From the NCBI RefSeq assembly GCF_009914755.1, contig NC_060936.1: a stretch of DNA of 64,000 nucleotides; one strand, 5' to 3'. The stretch's first letter is position 1, and each line of letters starts with the position of its first letter. The notes beneath the pieces were generated by a model. The model saw only the letters and a program-made list of their open reading frames with translations. It had not been told where the DNA came from and ran no database searches. The position numbers were made by a program, and so were the translations under genes. Positions 27,955 to 43,374 of this stretch are shown here, piece by piece. This DNA comes from the human T2T-CHM13v2.0 reference genome, Homo sapiens.

Positions 27955-29566
27955 GTGGATAAGCTTTTTGATGTGCTGCTGGATTCAGTTTGCCAGTATG
28001 TGATTGTGGATTTTTACATCGATGTTCATCAGGGGTATTGGCCTGGAATTTTCTTTTTCTGTTGTGTCTTTGCCACGTTTTGGTATCAGGATGATGCTGG
28101 CCTCATAAAATGAGTTAGGGAGGTGTCCCTCTTTTTCTATTGATTGGAATAGTCTCAGAAGGAATGGTACCAGCTCCTCTTCGTAGTTCTGTTAGAATTC
28201 GACTGTGAATCTGTCTGGTCCTGGGCATTTTTTTGGTTGGTAGGCTATTAATTACTGCCTCAATTTCAGAACTTGTTATTGGTCTATTCAGGGATTCGAC
28301 TTCTTCCTGGTTTAGTCTTGGGAGGGTGTATGTGTCCAGGAATTTATCCATTTCTTCTAGATTTTCTAGTTTATTTGCATAGTAGTGTTTATAGTATTTT
28401 TTGACGATAGTTTGTATTTCTGTGGGATCAGTGGTGATATCCCCTTTATCATTTTTTATTACATCTATTTGATTCTTCTCTATTTTCTTCTTTATTAGTC
28501 TGGCTAGCAGTCTATCTATTTTGTTAATCTTTTCAAAAACCAGCTATGGATTTATTGATTTTTTGAAGGGTTTTTGTGTCTCTATCTCCTTCAGTTCTGC
28601 TCTGATCTTAGTTATTTCTTGCCTTCTGCTAGCTTTTGAATTTGTTTGCTCTTGCTTCTCTAGTTCTTTTAATTGTGATGTTAAGGTGTTGATCTTTAGA
28701 TATTTCCTGCTTTCTTCTGTGGGCATTTAGTGCTATGAATTTCCCTCTAAACACAGCTTTAGCTGTGTCCCAGACATTCTGGTATGTAGTTTCTTTATTC
28801 TCATTGGTTTCAAATAACTTATTGATTTCTGCCTTAATTTCCTTATTTACCCCGTGGTCATTCAGGAGCAGGTTGTTCAGTTTCTATGTAGTTGTGAAGT
28901 TTTAAGTCAGTTTCTTAACCCTAAGTTCTAATTTGATTGCACTCTGGTCTGAGAGACTATTTGTTAGGATTTCCATTCTTTTGCATTTGCTGAGGAGTGT
29001 TTTACTTCCAATTATGTGATCAGTTTTAGAATAAGTGTGATGTGGTTCTGAGAAGAATGTATATTCTGTTTATTTGGGGTGGAGAGTTCTGTAGATGTCT
29101 ATTAGGTCCACTTGGTCCAGAGTTGAGTTCAAGTCCTGAATATCTTTGTTAATTTTCTGTCTCATTGATCTGTCTCATACTGACAGTGGGGTGTTAAAGT
29201 CTCCCACTATTATTGTGTGGGAGTCCAAGTCTCTTTGTAGGTCTCTAAGAACTTGCTTTATGAATCTGGGTGCTTCTGTTTTGGGTGCATATATATTTAG
29301 GATAGTTAGCTTTTCTTGTTGCATTGATCCCCTTACCATTATGCAATGTCCTTCTTTGTCTTTTTTTATATTTGCTGGTTTAAAGTCTGTTTTATCAGAG
29401 TCTAGAATTGTAACCCCTGCTTTTATTTGCTTTCCATTTGCTTGGTAAATATTCCTCCATCCCTTTATTTTGAGCCTATGTGAGTCTTTGCACGTGAAGC
29501 TTATGAAGCTTAGTTTGGCTGGATATGAAATTCTGGGTTGAAAATCCTCTGCTTTAAGAATGTTGA

Positions 29567-29898
<332 letters not shown>

Positions 29899-32353
29899 TC
29901 ACTCCCTCTGGCTTTTAGGGTTTCTGCAGAGAGATCCACTGTTAGTCTGATGGGCTTCCCTTTGTGGGTAATCAGCCTTTCTCTCTGGCTGCCCTTAACA
30001 TTTTTTCCTGCATTTCAACTTTGGTGAATCTGACAATTACGTGTCTTGGGGTTGCTCTTCTCAAAGAGTATCTTTGTGGTGGTCCCTGTATTTCCTGAAT
30101 TTGAATGTTGGCCTGTCTTGCTAGGCTGGGCAAGTTCTCCTGGATAATATCCTGAAGAGTGTTTTCCAACTTGGTTCCATTCTTTCTGTCACTTTCAGGT
30201 ATACCAGTCAAACCTAGGTTTGGTCTTTTCACATAGTCCCATATTTCTTGGAGGCTTTGTTTGTTCCTTTTCATTCTTTTTTCTCTAATCTTGTCTTTAT
30301 GCTTTATTTCAGTAAGTTCATCTTCAATCTCGGATATCCTTCCTTCCCCTCTATCTATTTGGCTATTTCTACTTATGTATGCTTCACGAAGAATTTCGTG
30401 CTATGTTTTTCAGCTCCATCAGGTCATTTGTGTTCTTCTCCACTAAACTGGTTATTCTAGTTAATAATTCCTCTAACCTTTTTTCAAGGTTCTTAGCTTC
30501 CTTTCATTGGGTTAGAACGTTCTCCTTTAGCTTGGAGGAGTTTGTTATTACCCACCTTCTAAAGTCTACTTCTGTAAATTCGTCAAACTCATACTCTGTC
30601 CAGTTCTGTTCCCTTGCTGGTGAAGAGTTGTGATCCTTTGGAGGAGAAGAGGCATTCTGGTTTTTGGAATTTTCAGCCTTTTTGCACTGTTTTTTTTCTC
30701 ATCTTTGTGGACTTACCTACCTTTGGTCTCTGATGTTTGTGACCTTCAAACGGGGTTTTTGTGTGGATGTCTTTTTTGTGGACATTGATGCTATTCCTTT
30801 TTGTTTGTTAGTTTTCCTTTTAACAGTCAGGCCCCTCTGCTGCAGGTCTTCTGGAGTTTGCTGGAGGTTCACTCCAGATCCTATTTGCCTGGGTGTCACC
30901 AGCAAAGGCTGCAGAACAGCAAAGATTGCTGCCTCTTCCTTCCTCTGGAAGCTTCATCCCAGAGGGGCACTTGCCAGATGCCTGCTAGAGCTCTCCTGTA
31001 TGAGGAGTCTATCAACACCTGCTGGGAGGTGTCTCCTCGTCAGGAGGCACGGGGGTCAGGGACCCACTTGAGGAGGCTGTCTGTCCCTTAGCGGAGCTAG
31101 AACACTGTGCTCGGAGATCCGCTGCTCTCTTCAGAGCTGGCAGGCAAGAGTGTTTTAGTCTGCTGAGCCTGCGCCCACAGCCGCCCCTTCCCCCAGGTGC
31201 TCTGTCCCAGGGAGATGAGAGTTTTATCTGTAAGCCCCTGACTGGGGCTGCTACCTTTCTTTCAGATATGCCCCGCCCAGAGAGGAGGAATCTAGAGAGG
31301 CAGTCTGGCTACAGCAGCTTTGCCAAGCTGCAGTGGGCTCTGCCCAGTCCAAAATTCCCAGCGGGTTTGTTTACATTGTGAGGGGAAAAGCACCTACTCA
31401 AGCCTCAGTTATGGCAGTTGCCCCTCCCCCCACCAAGCTCCAGGGTCCCAGGTGTCCTTCAGACTGCTGTGCTGGCAATGAGAATTTCAAGCCAGTGGAT
31501 CTTAGCTTGCTGGGCTCCACAGGGGTGGGATCCACTGAGCTAGACCACTTAGCTCCCTGGCTTCAGCCCCCTTTCCAGGTGAGTGGATGGTTCTGTCTCA
31601 CTGGCATTCCAGGTGCTACTGGGGTATGAAAAAAAAAACTCCTGCAGCTAGCTTGGTGTCTGCCCAGTTTTGTGCTTGAAACTCAGGCCCTTGGTGGTGT
31701 GGACACCCAATGGAATCTCCTGGTGTGCATGTTGTGAAGACTGTGGGAAAAGCATAGTATCTGGGCTGGATAGCTCCGTCCTTCAAGGCACAGTCCCTCA
31801 TGACTTCCCTTGGCTAGGGGAGGGAGTTCCCCAACCCTTTGCACTTCCCAGGTGAGGCAACACCCCACCCTGCTTCTGCTCACCCTCTGTGGGCTGCACC
31901 CACTGTCTAATCAGTCACTGTGAGATGAGCCTGGTACCTCAGTTGGAAATGCAGAAATCACCTGCCTTCTGTGTTGATCTCACTGGGAGCAGCAGACTGG
32001 AGCTGTTCCTATTCAGCCATCTTTCTCAGGTCATAATCATAGATTTTTAATTGATCCCAGCAACATGGATTAGTAAACAGCATATTTCCAAGTGATTTTT
32101 TTTTATTTTAAGGTCAAATCTACAAAATATTATAGTGTTATCACCACTTAAAATTATTACTGGTGATACTATGTTTGTCTCTATTCACATTTTATTGCTA
32201 GAAAGAATTATAATTTGTAGATAATAATAGTTATTTGAAATGTATTACATATCCTTTTACTTTTAAGAAGAGGTGACTTAATTATCTAGGTATACAATTA
32301 TTTTGAGGATACTAAATGTCATGAATAGCAAATTTATCATATTGCTTTCCTAG

Positions 32354-32462
32354 GTGAAGACCCTGAAACAAGAAGAATGAGAACAGTTAAAAACATAGCA
32401 GACTTGAGGCAGAATTTAGAAGAGACTATGTCCAGTCTTCGTGGGACTCAGATAAGCCACAG
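32354..32462 (+). CDS. NAV3: NAV3 coding exon (109 nt, probably exon 10): GEDPETRRMRTVKNIADLRQNLEETMSSLRGTQISH(S)
   Basis: Acceptor ttcctag|GT and weak donor CAG|gttttt. The LRQNLEETMSSLRG coiled-coil motif is characteristic of neuron navigators. Confidence 0.96.
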
Positions 32463-33124
32463 GTTTTTTTCAATTTTGCATATATTTGAGCCAATAAAGA
32501 AAAAATAATTACAAACAAACATTTAACTTTTCTTATAATGACAGAGATGGGATTTCAGTTTCCCCTTACTATTTTCTCCCTTGTTTTATATCAAATTGAT
32601 TGGTAATTATCCTTAAACTGAGAATTCACAGTATATACCTATTTATCTTTTATCTCTATCTCTATCTGCTATTTATGTCTTTTTCAGTATAATTTCCAGT
32701 ACTGCAACTACCACCATCACTGTTAAGTGGATTTGTAATACCTGTCCTAGAAAACAGTGGCACAAGTTGCACTTGAAATGCATCTGGGCAGGGTAGTAGG
32801 GAGACATTCAAACATAATTGTAGTTAACTTTCAGAATAGGTCTGGGAAGGTTACAGTGAGTTAAGGATTTGTTGAAAATGTAAAACAATATGTTGTTTTA
32901 CCCAAGGTGTACTGATGGCCTTTCTTTTGAAAACAAACGAAAAGCTATAAAATGTATGCCCCTTTCCACAATTTGACCTCAAAATGAATATAGAGTTTAG
33001 CTTTCGGGAAGATGACGTGTTTATAAGAGATGACCCTCAACTCCAGCCTTTTCTGTCTTCATGCATTCTAGATTATGGCCCTAAGTGAACCAGAGTATAG
33101 TTATTTCTCCATTTTATTTGACAG

Positions 33125-33508
33125 CACCCTGGAGACAACATTTGACAGCACTGTGACAACAGAAGTTAATGGAAGGACCATACCCAACTTGACAAGTCGA
33201 CCCACCCCCATGACCTGGAGGTTGGGCCAGGCATGTCCGCGACTTCAGGCGGGAGATGCTCCCTCCCTGGGTGCTGGCTATCCTCGCAGTGGTACCAGTC
33301 GATTCATCCACACAGACCCCTCGAGGTTCATGTATACCACGCCTCTCCGTCGAGCTGCTGTCTCTAGGCTGGGAAACATGTCACAGATTGACATGAGTGA
33401 GAAAGCAAGCAGTGACCTGGACATGTCTTCTGAGGTCGATGTGGGTGGATATATGAGTGATGGTGATATCCTTGGGAAAAGTCTCAGGACTGATGACATC
33501 AACAGTGG
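33125..33508 (+). CDS. NAV3: NAV3 coding exon (384 nt, probably exon 11): TLETTFDSTVTTEVNG...GGYMSDGDILGKSLRTDDINS(G)
   Basis: Acceptor ttgacag|C and donor TGG|gtaagt, phase 2/2. Contains the navigator motifs WRLGQ, PRLQAGDAPS and GYMSDGD. Lies within ORF 33075-33512. Confidence 0.97.
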
Positions 33509-35224
33509 GTAAGTAACCCTGTTCTCCGTCAGCATTGTGTGAAGAGGGGAGGTGGTCTACTATAATGCATTCACTATAAACAAATGTGTAAGTTTGCCCA
33601 GAAAGTCATGAGAACATATGAGATATCTGAGGTTATTCAGAGTGTTGAAGGGCCCTTCCTCTGCTCATTCATGGAGAGTAAAGAATCCAAGATTTCTATA
33701 AATTCATTATAAGCCGCTAAGTTTTTCTGTTGTTGAGAGAAACACATGTGGCTTCTGTTTTTCAGAGTGATTTTCACATGCTTCTTAAGTAACAGATTTT
33801 GTAGTTAAGGACGTGGGAAGGAGACAGGAGGAGTTTTGCTGATTTGCTTGATTTTTTTTTTCTTTTTTAGCTTGTTAGAAGCTGCCTGTAACTGCTTTGA
33901 GAAACAAATATTTTCTTACTGTCTTCAATTATGCATCCCCAATTTAACTTGAGGGAAAAATCACTTTGGAGTTGAAAGTTTCACTCTATTCATTTTCTTT
34001 TGATGGTATCAGATTTCAATACATCTCAGACCCTGTTTTTCTTCTGTGTCCTATTACATTCCAAAACATGTTGTGATTGTAAAACTCTTAGAGTATATTA
34101 ACAATTTGGGATATTTGGCATAATCAGAGAATAGGTCCAAAAGGAGGCAATAGGATATTCTATTAATAATTGTAATTGCCATTTTTAGCATTTCCTGTTA
34201 TGTACTATGCTCTTGTCAAGTGCTTTGAAGATATTGTTTTACTTTTCCTTCCCACCACCAGCAATGTTTATGAGGTAGATGTTTTTATACATGTTCTATG
34301 GATAAGGAAACTGAGTCTAATTGGCCCCGGCTGGGAACTAACGCTAGGGAAACGGCAGACCTGCATTAGAACTCAGCTATGTCTGACTTCAAACACAGGC
34401 TCAGTAATATGTGGAAAAGCTTCCCAATTAACTTTGTCTATAAACTTTGTGTGAGTCTGGATTTTGACTTACTCTTTGTCTTTACGCATCTGAGAGGACC
34501 CATGTAGGAAATAATTCTTCTATATAAGTGACCCTTCCTGACTTCATTCATGAAAAGCTTATGTTTGAAGGGTGACACGACCTAAAAAAGAGTACAAAAT
34601 AGCTTTTGATTACATTTATAGCTTTGCTCTGATATCCCAATACCTACTAGTCCATTCCTGGTATCCACCCTACCTGACTTTCTAAAAATTTAGAATTATA
34701 GAGACTAATTATGATTAATTAAGATAGGTTGTTGTTCAGTTGCCACTGGATTCAGAGTGCCTAGTTTGAATCTCTCCCATTCACTATCTGTGGACCCCTT
34801 CGGAACCTAACGTATCCAAATTAGTTTTTGTCATCTAGAATAAGGATAAAATTGTACCATCTTCATGAAGTTGTTAGGATCATCCACAAATTTTAGTTTG
34901 CGCAATGCTTGGCATGATACAAGCACTCAATAAATTTATCATCTTCCTCTTTATCATCACTATTACATTTATTATCATTAATAACCATACCAATTTTTGG
35001 TTGTTGTTAGTTATAATTATCATTTTTGTATGTATTTAACATAGCCTAGGAGGCAATGCCCAGTTCAGAAAACATAATGGCAAAGCAAGAGTGTCTAAGG
35101 CACACTCTTTCTCCCATCTCTCTCTTCTTTCTTCTCCATTCTTTCCACTCTATCCCCTCTTCTCTTTTTTTTCTCAATCTCCTTAGATGTGGACATATGT
35201 GTGAATTCAATTTTATAATCACTA

Positions 35225-36298
<1,074 letters not shown>

Positions 36299-38729
36299 TA
36301 TATACTCACACTCATGTAGAATGTTTATCTGTAGAGTGACAGCATATCTTGGGAGCAGTTTGAATAAGAAATCAAGGGACATCTACAGTGCAATATGTTG
36401 GGAATTTCAAAAGGCTTATAGGGATAAAAATTGAGCTAAGAGTTCAGAATGAGGAGAAAGTACTAAACCCTCACATGAAATAGAAAGCAGTGAATAAGAA
36501 AAAGAAACATTTTAGTTATTTTTTCTGATTTAAGAGCTATAGACAAAGGAAATATATTTAAAATACATATATAAGAAAAGTACAAACATAGAAGGTATAA
36601 ATTATTCAGTAAACTTGCATAAAATGTAATTTTCAGAATCAAAGGGACAGTGGATTAGATGATATTGATGATTTTTCTCTTAACTGAGAGTCATGGAACA
36701 TGAATATTTAAAGATAATGTCTTAGAGATAGGCACTATTTTGACAGACCTTAACATCATTATGCTAAGAAGTTTAAACTACATTATAAGCTATGTAAAAT
36801 ACTATATCTTAGAGATTACTAAACAGTCATAGAACATGGCATGAGGATGGTGATGGCTTTTGAAGGCCACTTTATGGGAAGGAAATATGCAAAGTGAATT
36901 CAGGGGAGAAACTCGGGGGTTCAATTTCAGGAACTAGTGCAAGAGCTCTGGCTCAAGCTCATAAGATTAGAAATATGGTAGTGGCATTTGTAGGGATAAA
37001 ATTAGGAAAGTAATTGATATGGGAAGCACTGCAAAGGAAAAGTTTATAGAACCAGAGATGGACTACCCATGAAGGCATAAGGCAGACAAGAATTAAGATA
37101 CCTACATCATAAGCACAGGAGATGGAAAATAGTACCGTTAGAGAAAATCGGCAGAGAGAGAAAGAGAGAGAGCGAGAGAGAGAGGATTTTTTGATGAGAA
37201 AGCAGAGAGAGAGATGATGAATTTAGAGTTAGAGATGTAGAGCTGGAGACGGTGAGATATGAAGATTGTTTGTCCAGGATAGAGATCTATTGTATTTCAT
37301 CTCAATAAAAGAGAGCAGGAATTGTGGGAGGCATTAAGGCTCCTGGGAAAAGAATATGGAAAGAACAGGGATCATAAACTGAATTATGTATATATGTATG
37401 TATACATGTATATGTCTATTAAAAATATTTATCGAGTTCATCCTATGTGTCAAGCAACATTCCAGGCACTGTGCATTCAGTAGTGAATAATATAGACATA
37501 GTACGTGCCCACATGTGACTCACATGATGGTGTTTTCATATTTTTGTAGCAGTCCAGTTATTCAGTAAATTAATTGTAATATGCACACATATGTGTATAT
37601 ATACATATATATACACACAGAGAAGTATTCTTAAACAGATAGTTGTTTTAAACGTTTTTTAACAACTGAATTCTGCATATAATAATATATGTTACAGGCA
37701 TATTGTACTCAGGAGCACTTTATATTTTGCAAGAATACATGCAATATATGCAAGAATACATGCATAATATGTTAACTATATTAGTTAACATTGATTTCGA
37801 AAACAGAGAAATCTCAAAATCTCAGTAACTTAACACAAAGAAGCTAATTTGTTCTTCACATAAAACCCTCGCTGATGTTTCTGATCTTCACCTGGGGAAT
37901 GCACTCCATGTAGTCATTCAGAGAATAAGATGGATGGTAATTCTGTTGTTACCCAGCCAGATTTCCAGTGTTACCCTAGGCATTGATATTCAACAGGCAA
38001 ATGGCAAAAGAGGGGAAGACCCAGGGTGTGAGAAGATTTTGTATGTATCAGGCCTGGAAGTCATGCATATGAGTTCTGCCTGCATTCATTTGTCTAGAAC
38101 AGCTGCATGACCACATCTGACTGTAAAAGAGACTAGGTTATATGGTTCAGCTGTGTGCCCAGGAGGAGAGGGAAATTGGTTTGATGACATCTGGCTAGTC
38201 TCTGCTGAACTCACTAATTTTTTAAAAAATGCTGTTATAGACTTTGTCCTTCTTATTTGTTTCTGCTTCATTTAAAACATGATTCAGACTTCTTGTTTCC
38301 TCTATTTTTGTTCCCTAACATCTTTCAAAAAAGTCTTGGATAGTCTCACAAATGAGTCCATTTAAATATGCATTGATGGTCTACATGTCTTATGTTGACA
38401 AGTAAAAATACCTCAAATCCTACATGAAACTTCCCCTGTTTACTCACATACATTTGTTCTTTCCTATGTTAGAGTACAAGACACTGAAATTTAAGTCATG
38501 ACTCAGTTCTCTTACCTGTGCGGAAGATGCTAAGATCTGATCAGCAGATGATGAGGCTGGTCTTAGCTCAAGGATGATTGTGCGAGGATACCCAGGATGT
38601 GCTGGACTTATTGCTCATCAGCTTATGCAGTGTGCCCTTGTTGGCTTACGTAGGAGGCAGCCCCAAAATCTCAGCCTAGAATTAAAACGTGAGAAGACAA
38701 GAGGGCTGGAGATACCCAGGAAAAGTTTA

Positions 38730-39067
<338 letters not shown>

Positions 39068-39929
39068 CGTATTTATGCTACGAGTCATGAAAAAGTTGAA
39101 TCATAAATTTAACTCTCTTTTCAAAATGTTTAAAAATATGTTTTAAAGATTAAAGGAACAAAAGGCTCAATAAGGTAGTAATGAATGAAGATGTTTAATT
39201 TAGGATTTTCTCATGTAACCACGAAGAACGTCATGAAGTCATTTAAATGGGAATAAAGTTTCATTTTTTTCCATGTACTCTAGGTGTAACTCAGAAAGTT
39301 AGTTAATCAGCATTCTGAGAATTCAAAATTTCTTGAAGCATGCGAAGGCTTATCTCTTTCTCCTCTTTTTGAATTTACTTTAAACACTGGGGGATATGAA
39401 TCTGTCAGTAATTAGGAATTAGTCAGAGAAAGGCCTCTTACTCATAATGAACCTCTTTGAAAAGTCTCTATTTATGAAGTTAAAAACACCCTGGAAAATT
39501 GGGATAAAAGTTACATATTTTAATTGAGTGGAAATTGAAGTTATCTTCAGGTGTCACAGTAATAAATAGTTGGGCCAAGAATATAACCTAAAATTCTACT
39601 TTAAGTCACGTGACCAAACACAAACTAATCTAAGAATTCTGTGGAGTAAAAATTAAAAATAAGGCACAGAAGTGAGGGGTAGATATACTTTAATCCTGCT
39701 TCTGCCTTGATCCTCCCTCAATTCTCATTTAGTAAACTTTGTGATGACTGAAGTATGCATAACAGTGTGCAAAAGGTCAGAGTTACTTGAGCTGTGTTAA
39801 AAAGATCCATCTTTTGCACCACAGATTCCTAATCTTAATGCTTCCTCTAATTTCACTTTCAGGATATGAGCTATTTTAGTGACTCTAGAAACTCTAATGC
39901 ATAAAATAGCTAGTATTTTTAAAGATAGT

Positions 39930-40160
39930 ATTTATATGTCACTTACAATGTGCTAGACAATGCTGTATGCATGTTATATATATATTAACTCACTGGTAGC
40001 TCACCATCACTGCAAGAAGTGAGCATATCATTGCTGTTTCCATTTTACAGATGAAGCAATTTAAACATAGCTTGTTTAAGTGACTTACCTCAGCCCACAC
40101 AGCTAGTAAGTAGCAGCACTGTAGTTGAACCTAAGCAGTCTGGCTCTGGTCTACACTCAA
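39930..40160. mobile_element. MIR SINE
   Basis: cattttacagatgaagcaat...aagtgacttacc...cacagctagtaagt. Confidence 0.75.
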
Positions 40161-40503
40161 CCATCCTTACACACTGACCTTAGGAAACTGTCTGCATGTC
40201 TACATGTAAGGGTTTCTCTCCTAGGTGCCTGATTTTTTTCCAAACAATCATTTAAAAAAGGTTCACAGCAATCATTTGTTATCAGCATGGATTTTGTAGC
40301 TAGCACATTTAATGTAAGGGGCATTTTTAAATGTTATCTATGCCACTCTAAAGGAAGATGCTGAACTGGAGTTTCTTTAAGGGAGTGGTGAGGATCACTT
40401 TAGATTCTCTGTGTGTGCATGCAATTACAAATTAACTAATTGTGACAGATAGCAGCTGATATGAGATATTAAATATAAAAACATAGAATTCTAGGAAGAT
40501 GGC

Positions 40504-40836
40504 TCTATTAGTGTGTTCTCACTCTGCTAATAAAGACATATTTGAGACTGGGTGATTTATAAGGGAAAGAGGTTTAATTGACTCACAGTTTCACATGGCT
40601 GGGGAGGCTTCACAATCATAGTGGAAAGTCAAGGGACATATTACATGGCACACCGCAGGCAAGAGAGCTTGTGCAAGGGAACTCCCATTTATAAAACCAT
40701 CAGATCTCGTCAGACTTACTACCAGGAGAACAATATGGGGAAAACTATCCCCGTTATTCAGTTATCTCTATCTGCCCCCTCCCTTGACACATGGGGATTA
40801 TTACAATTCAGGGTGAGAGTTGGGTGGGGACACAGC
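40504..40836 (-). mobile_element. THE1C/D-type MaLR solo LTR with one end clipped
   Basis: tattagtgtgttctcactctgctaataaagacata...tgggtggggacacagc. The usual terminal caaaccatatca is missing. Confidence 0.85.
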
Positions 40837-41326
40837 TAGTTGTGACAGTGCAGTGACAGCAGCTGATATGAGGTATTAAATATAAAAACATAGAATTCTA
40901 GGAAGATGGCAGATATGGTGGAAGTTTAGGTTTTGATCCATTACTCCTATGACCTCTTCAAAAACAGTATTTCAAAAATGAAATTTTCTTTCTTTTAATT
41001 TCTTAAGAGTTATATTATCTGCAAGCCTATTCATAATATTAATAACAAAAGGGAAAAATAGGTTCTATGGTAGGCTAGTTACTTGTCGCAGTAACTACTA
41101 CTAGGAAATATTGATACAAATACTAGGAAATATTGATTTCCTAGTAAACTTGAAAAAATATTTTAATTATCCCTGGTGAGTAGAATGTTTATACAGAATA
41201 AAAAACAAGATAATAGAATATATTTGAGTAATTATTGAAAATTGTGGACACCGTTTGTTTATTAAGTTAAATTGTACAGTTGAGTTGATTTAGTTTTCTG
41301 TGAATTAATTAGACATTTCTTTTCAG

Positions 41327-41446
41327 GTACATGACAGATGGAGGACTTAACCTATATACTAGAAGTCTGAACCGAATACCAGACACAGCAACTTCCCGGG
41401 ACATCATCCAGAGAGGGGTTCACGATGTGACAGTGGATGCAGACAG
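41327..41446 (+). CDS. NAV3: NAV3 coding exon (120 nt, probably exon 12): YMTDGGLNLYTRSLNRIPDTATSRDIIQRGVHDVTVDAD(S)
   Basis: Acceptor ttttcag|G and donor CAG|gtaatg, phase 2/2. Continues SG-YMTDGG in frame from the previous exon. Confidence 0.95.
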
Positions 41447-41536
41447 GTAATGCTATCAGCATATATGATGGTGAGACATGCATGAAGTAATTTTATAAAT
41501 AAGAAAATAACAGAAAACTCCTATTAAACAGTGTAA

Positions 41537-41917
<381 letters not shown>

Positions 41918-42293
41918 TATTTGGGGATATTTTTAAAACTAGGATGATTTTCTTTACAAGGCCATTTTAGCTCTGTAATACCAAAAATAAATGTATGGCT
42001 GGGGAGATTTTTTTTTAATTTCAGGTAACATAGTTGCAAATGTTAATATCTATAAAAGCAGAATTATAAACATAGACTTATTTTCCTTGTTAGAAAGAAA
42101 CTCTGGTTAATAAGTTTCATTCAGTTCAGATATCCTCAGATTTACCTGGAAGCTAATGATATAAAGATTAAAATATATTTCAAATCATCTAGTATAATAA
42201 GCTTGATGCTTTCCTTGAAGGTGTTGTAAACATAGAAAAACTCTTACTTTAGGCTTATTTTTGCTTCTTTATTGCCTCAAATTTCTTAAAGAT

Positions 42294-42328
42294 GTGTGTG
42301 TGTGTGTGTGTGTGTCTGTGTGTGTGTG
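42294..42328. repeat. (TG)n microsatellite
   Basis: About 17 TG units with one interruption. Confidence 0.95.
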
Positions 42329-43374
42329 ATGAACTAATTATTTTGCTGGAAATTGCTCTGCTGATTTATCAGAATCATCACTGTTTAAGAACATTGCTTT
42401 GGTAAGATAATGTTGTAATATACATTTCTGGCCTGATTTTGCTCCCTCTTCACTCAGAATTTTGACTTTGTTGAGCAGGAAGGGATTGCATATTTTCAGA
42501 ATTATTATATCTAAATACCTAGAGTAGTTGTTTAATTCAGCATTTATGAAAAAGACAAAAGGTTAAGGTGCAATGTACTCACATTCTGAAATAGGAACTG
42601 TATACAATTCATTGTGCATTTTTGTACAGTCAACTCCAAAGGCTAGATACCCAGGGAATTCTAATATTAGTCTTCAGTTTCTCCTTACCCACAGGCTGTT
42701 GATATCCTGACTCATAGTGGTTAGAACAGTCTCAGCTCCCACCCTGTCTGTATCCTACTCTCCTAGCCTATATACTCTTGTGTGTGGGTGTGGGTGTGAA
42801 GCATGTGTATGTGTGTGTGTGAAGCATCTCCCCACCTGTAATGTAAGTCCATGAGTGCAGAATTTTTGTCATATTCTTTACGTGTTGAGTTTTAACAAAT
42901 GTTTGTGGAGTGAATGAACAAATTAATGAATATAGGCTATTTATTAATTAGGCAATATAGTCACATAGGCTGGCAATCGCATCTAATTAAATAGAGTGGT
43001 AAATGAGTTCCAGAAAGAACTAAGGTACTACAAGGATGTTATGAAAGAGAAAAATGAGTTATGTGAAAAATAGGAGACAGTGATAAGAGGGAAAGAATCC
43101 CAAAGTGTGGGCCACATTTTGAAACTAATGACCTATTATTCTATTATTGTTAGCTGAAAGTAGAAAACGTCATGGGAGGGAATATCTGCTAGTTTTTGGT
43201 AAAGGATGTTGTGATGGCAGAACCAAGAAATGAACACAAGGTGACTTTGGTTTGGGGACAGTGGGATAATCAACTCTCCTTGCTCCATCAGGGCCCCAGA
43301 CTGGGCTCTGGCAGAGGAACTCAGAACAACGTAAAGACCTAGATAGGTATCTAATAAATTGGGACCTGTGAAAA

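Noticed and set aside
32354-32359. Alternative acceptor 6 nt downstream (GTGAAG|AC) that would mimic the NAV1 junction
   Set aside because: It preserves the frame, but the upstream cctag has the better context and nothing in the sequence shows it is used.
33075-33124. ATG-initiated 5' extension (MALSEPEYSYFSILFD) of the 384-nt exon
   Set aside because: It runs through the polypyrimidine tract and acceptor, so it is most simply chance intronic read-through.
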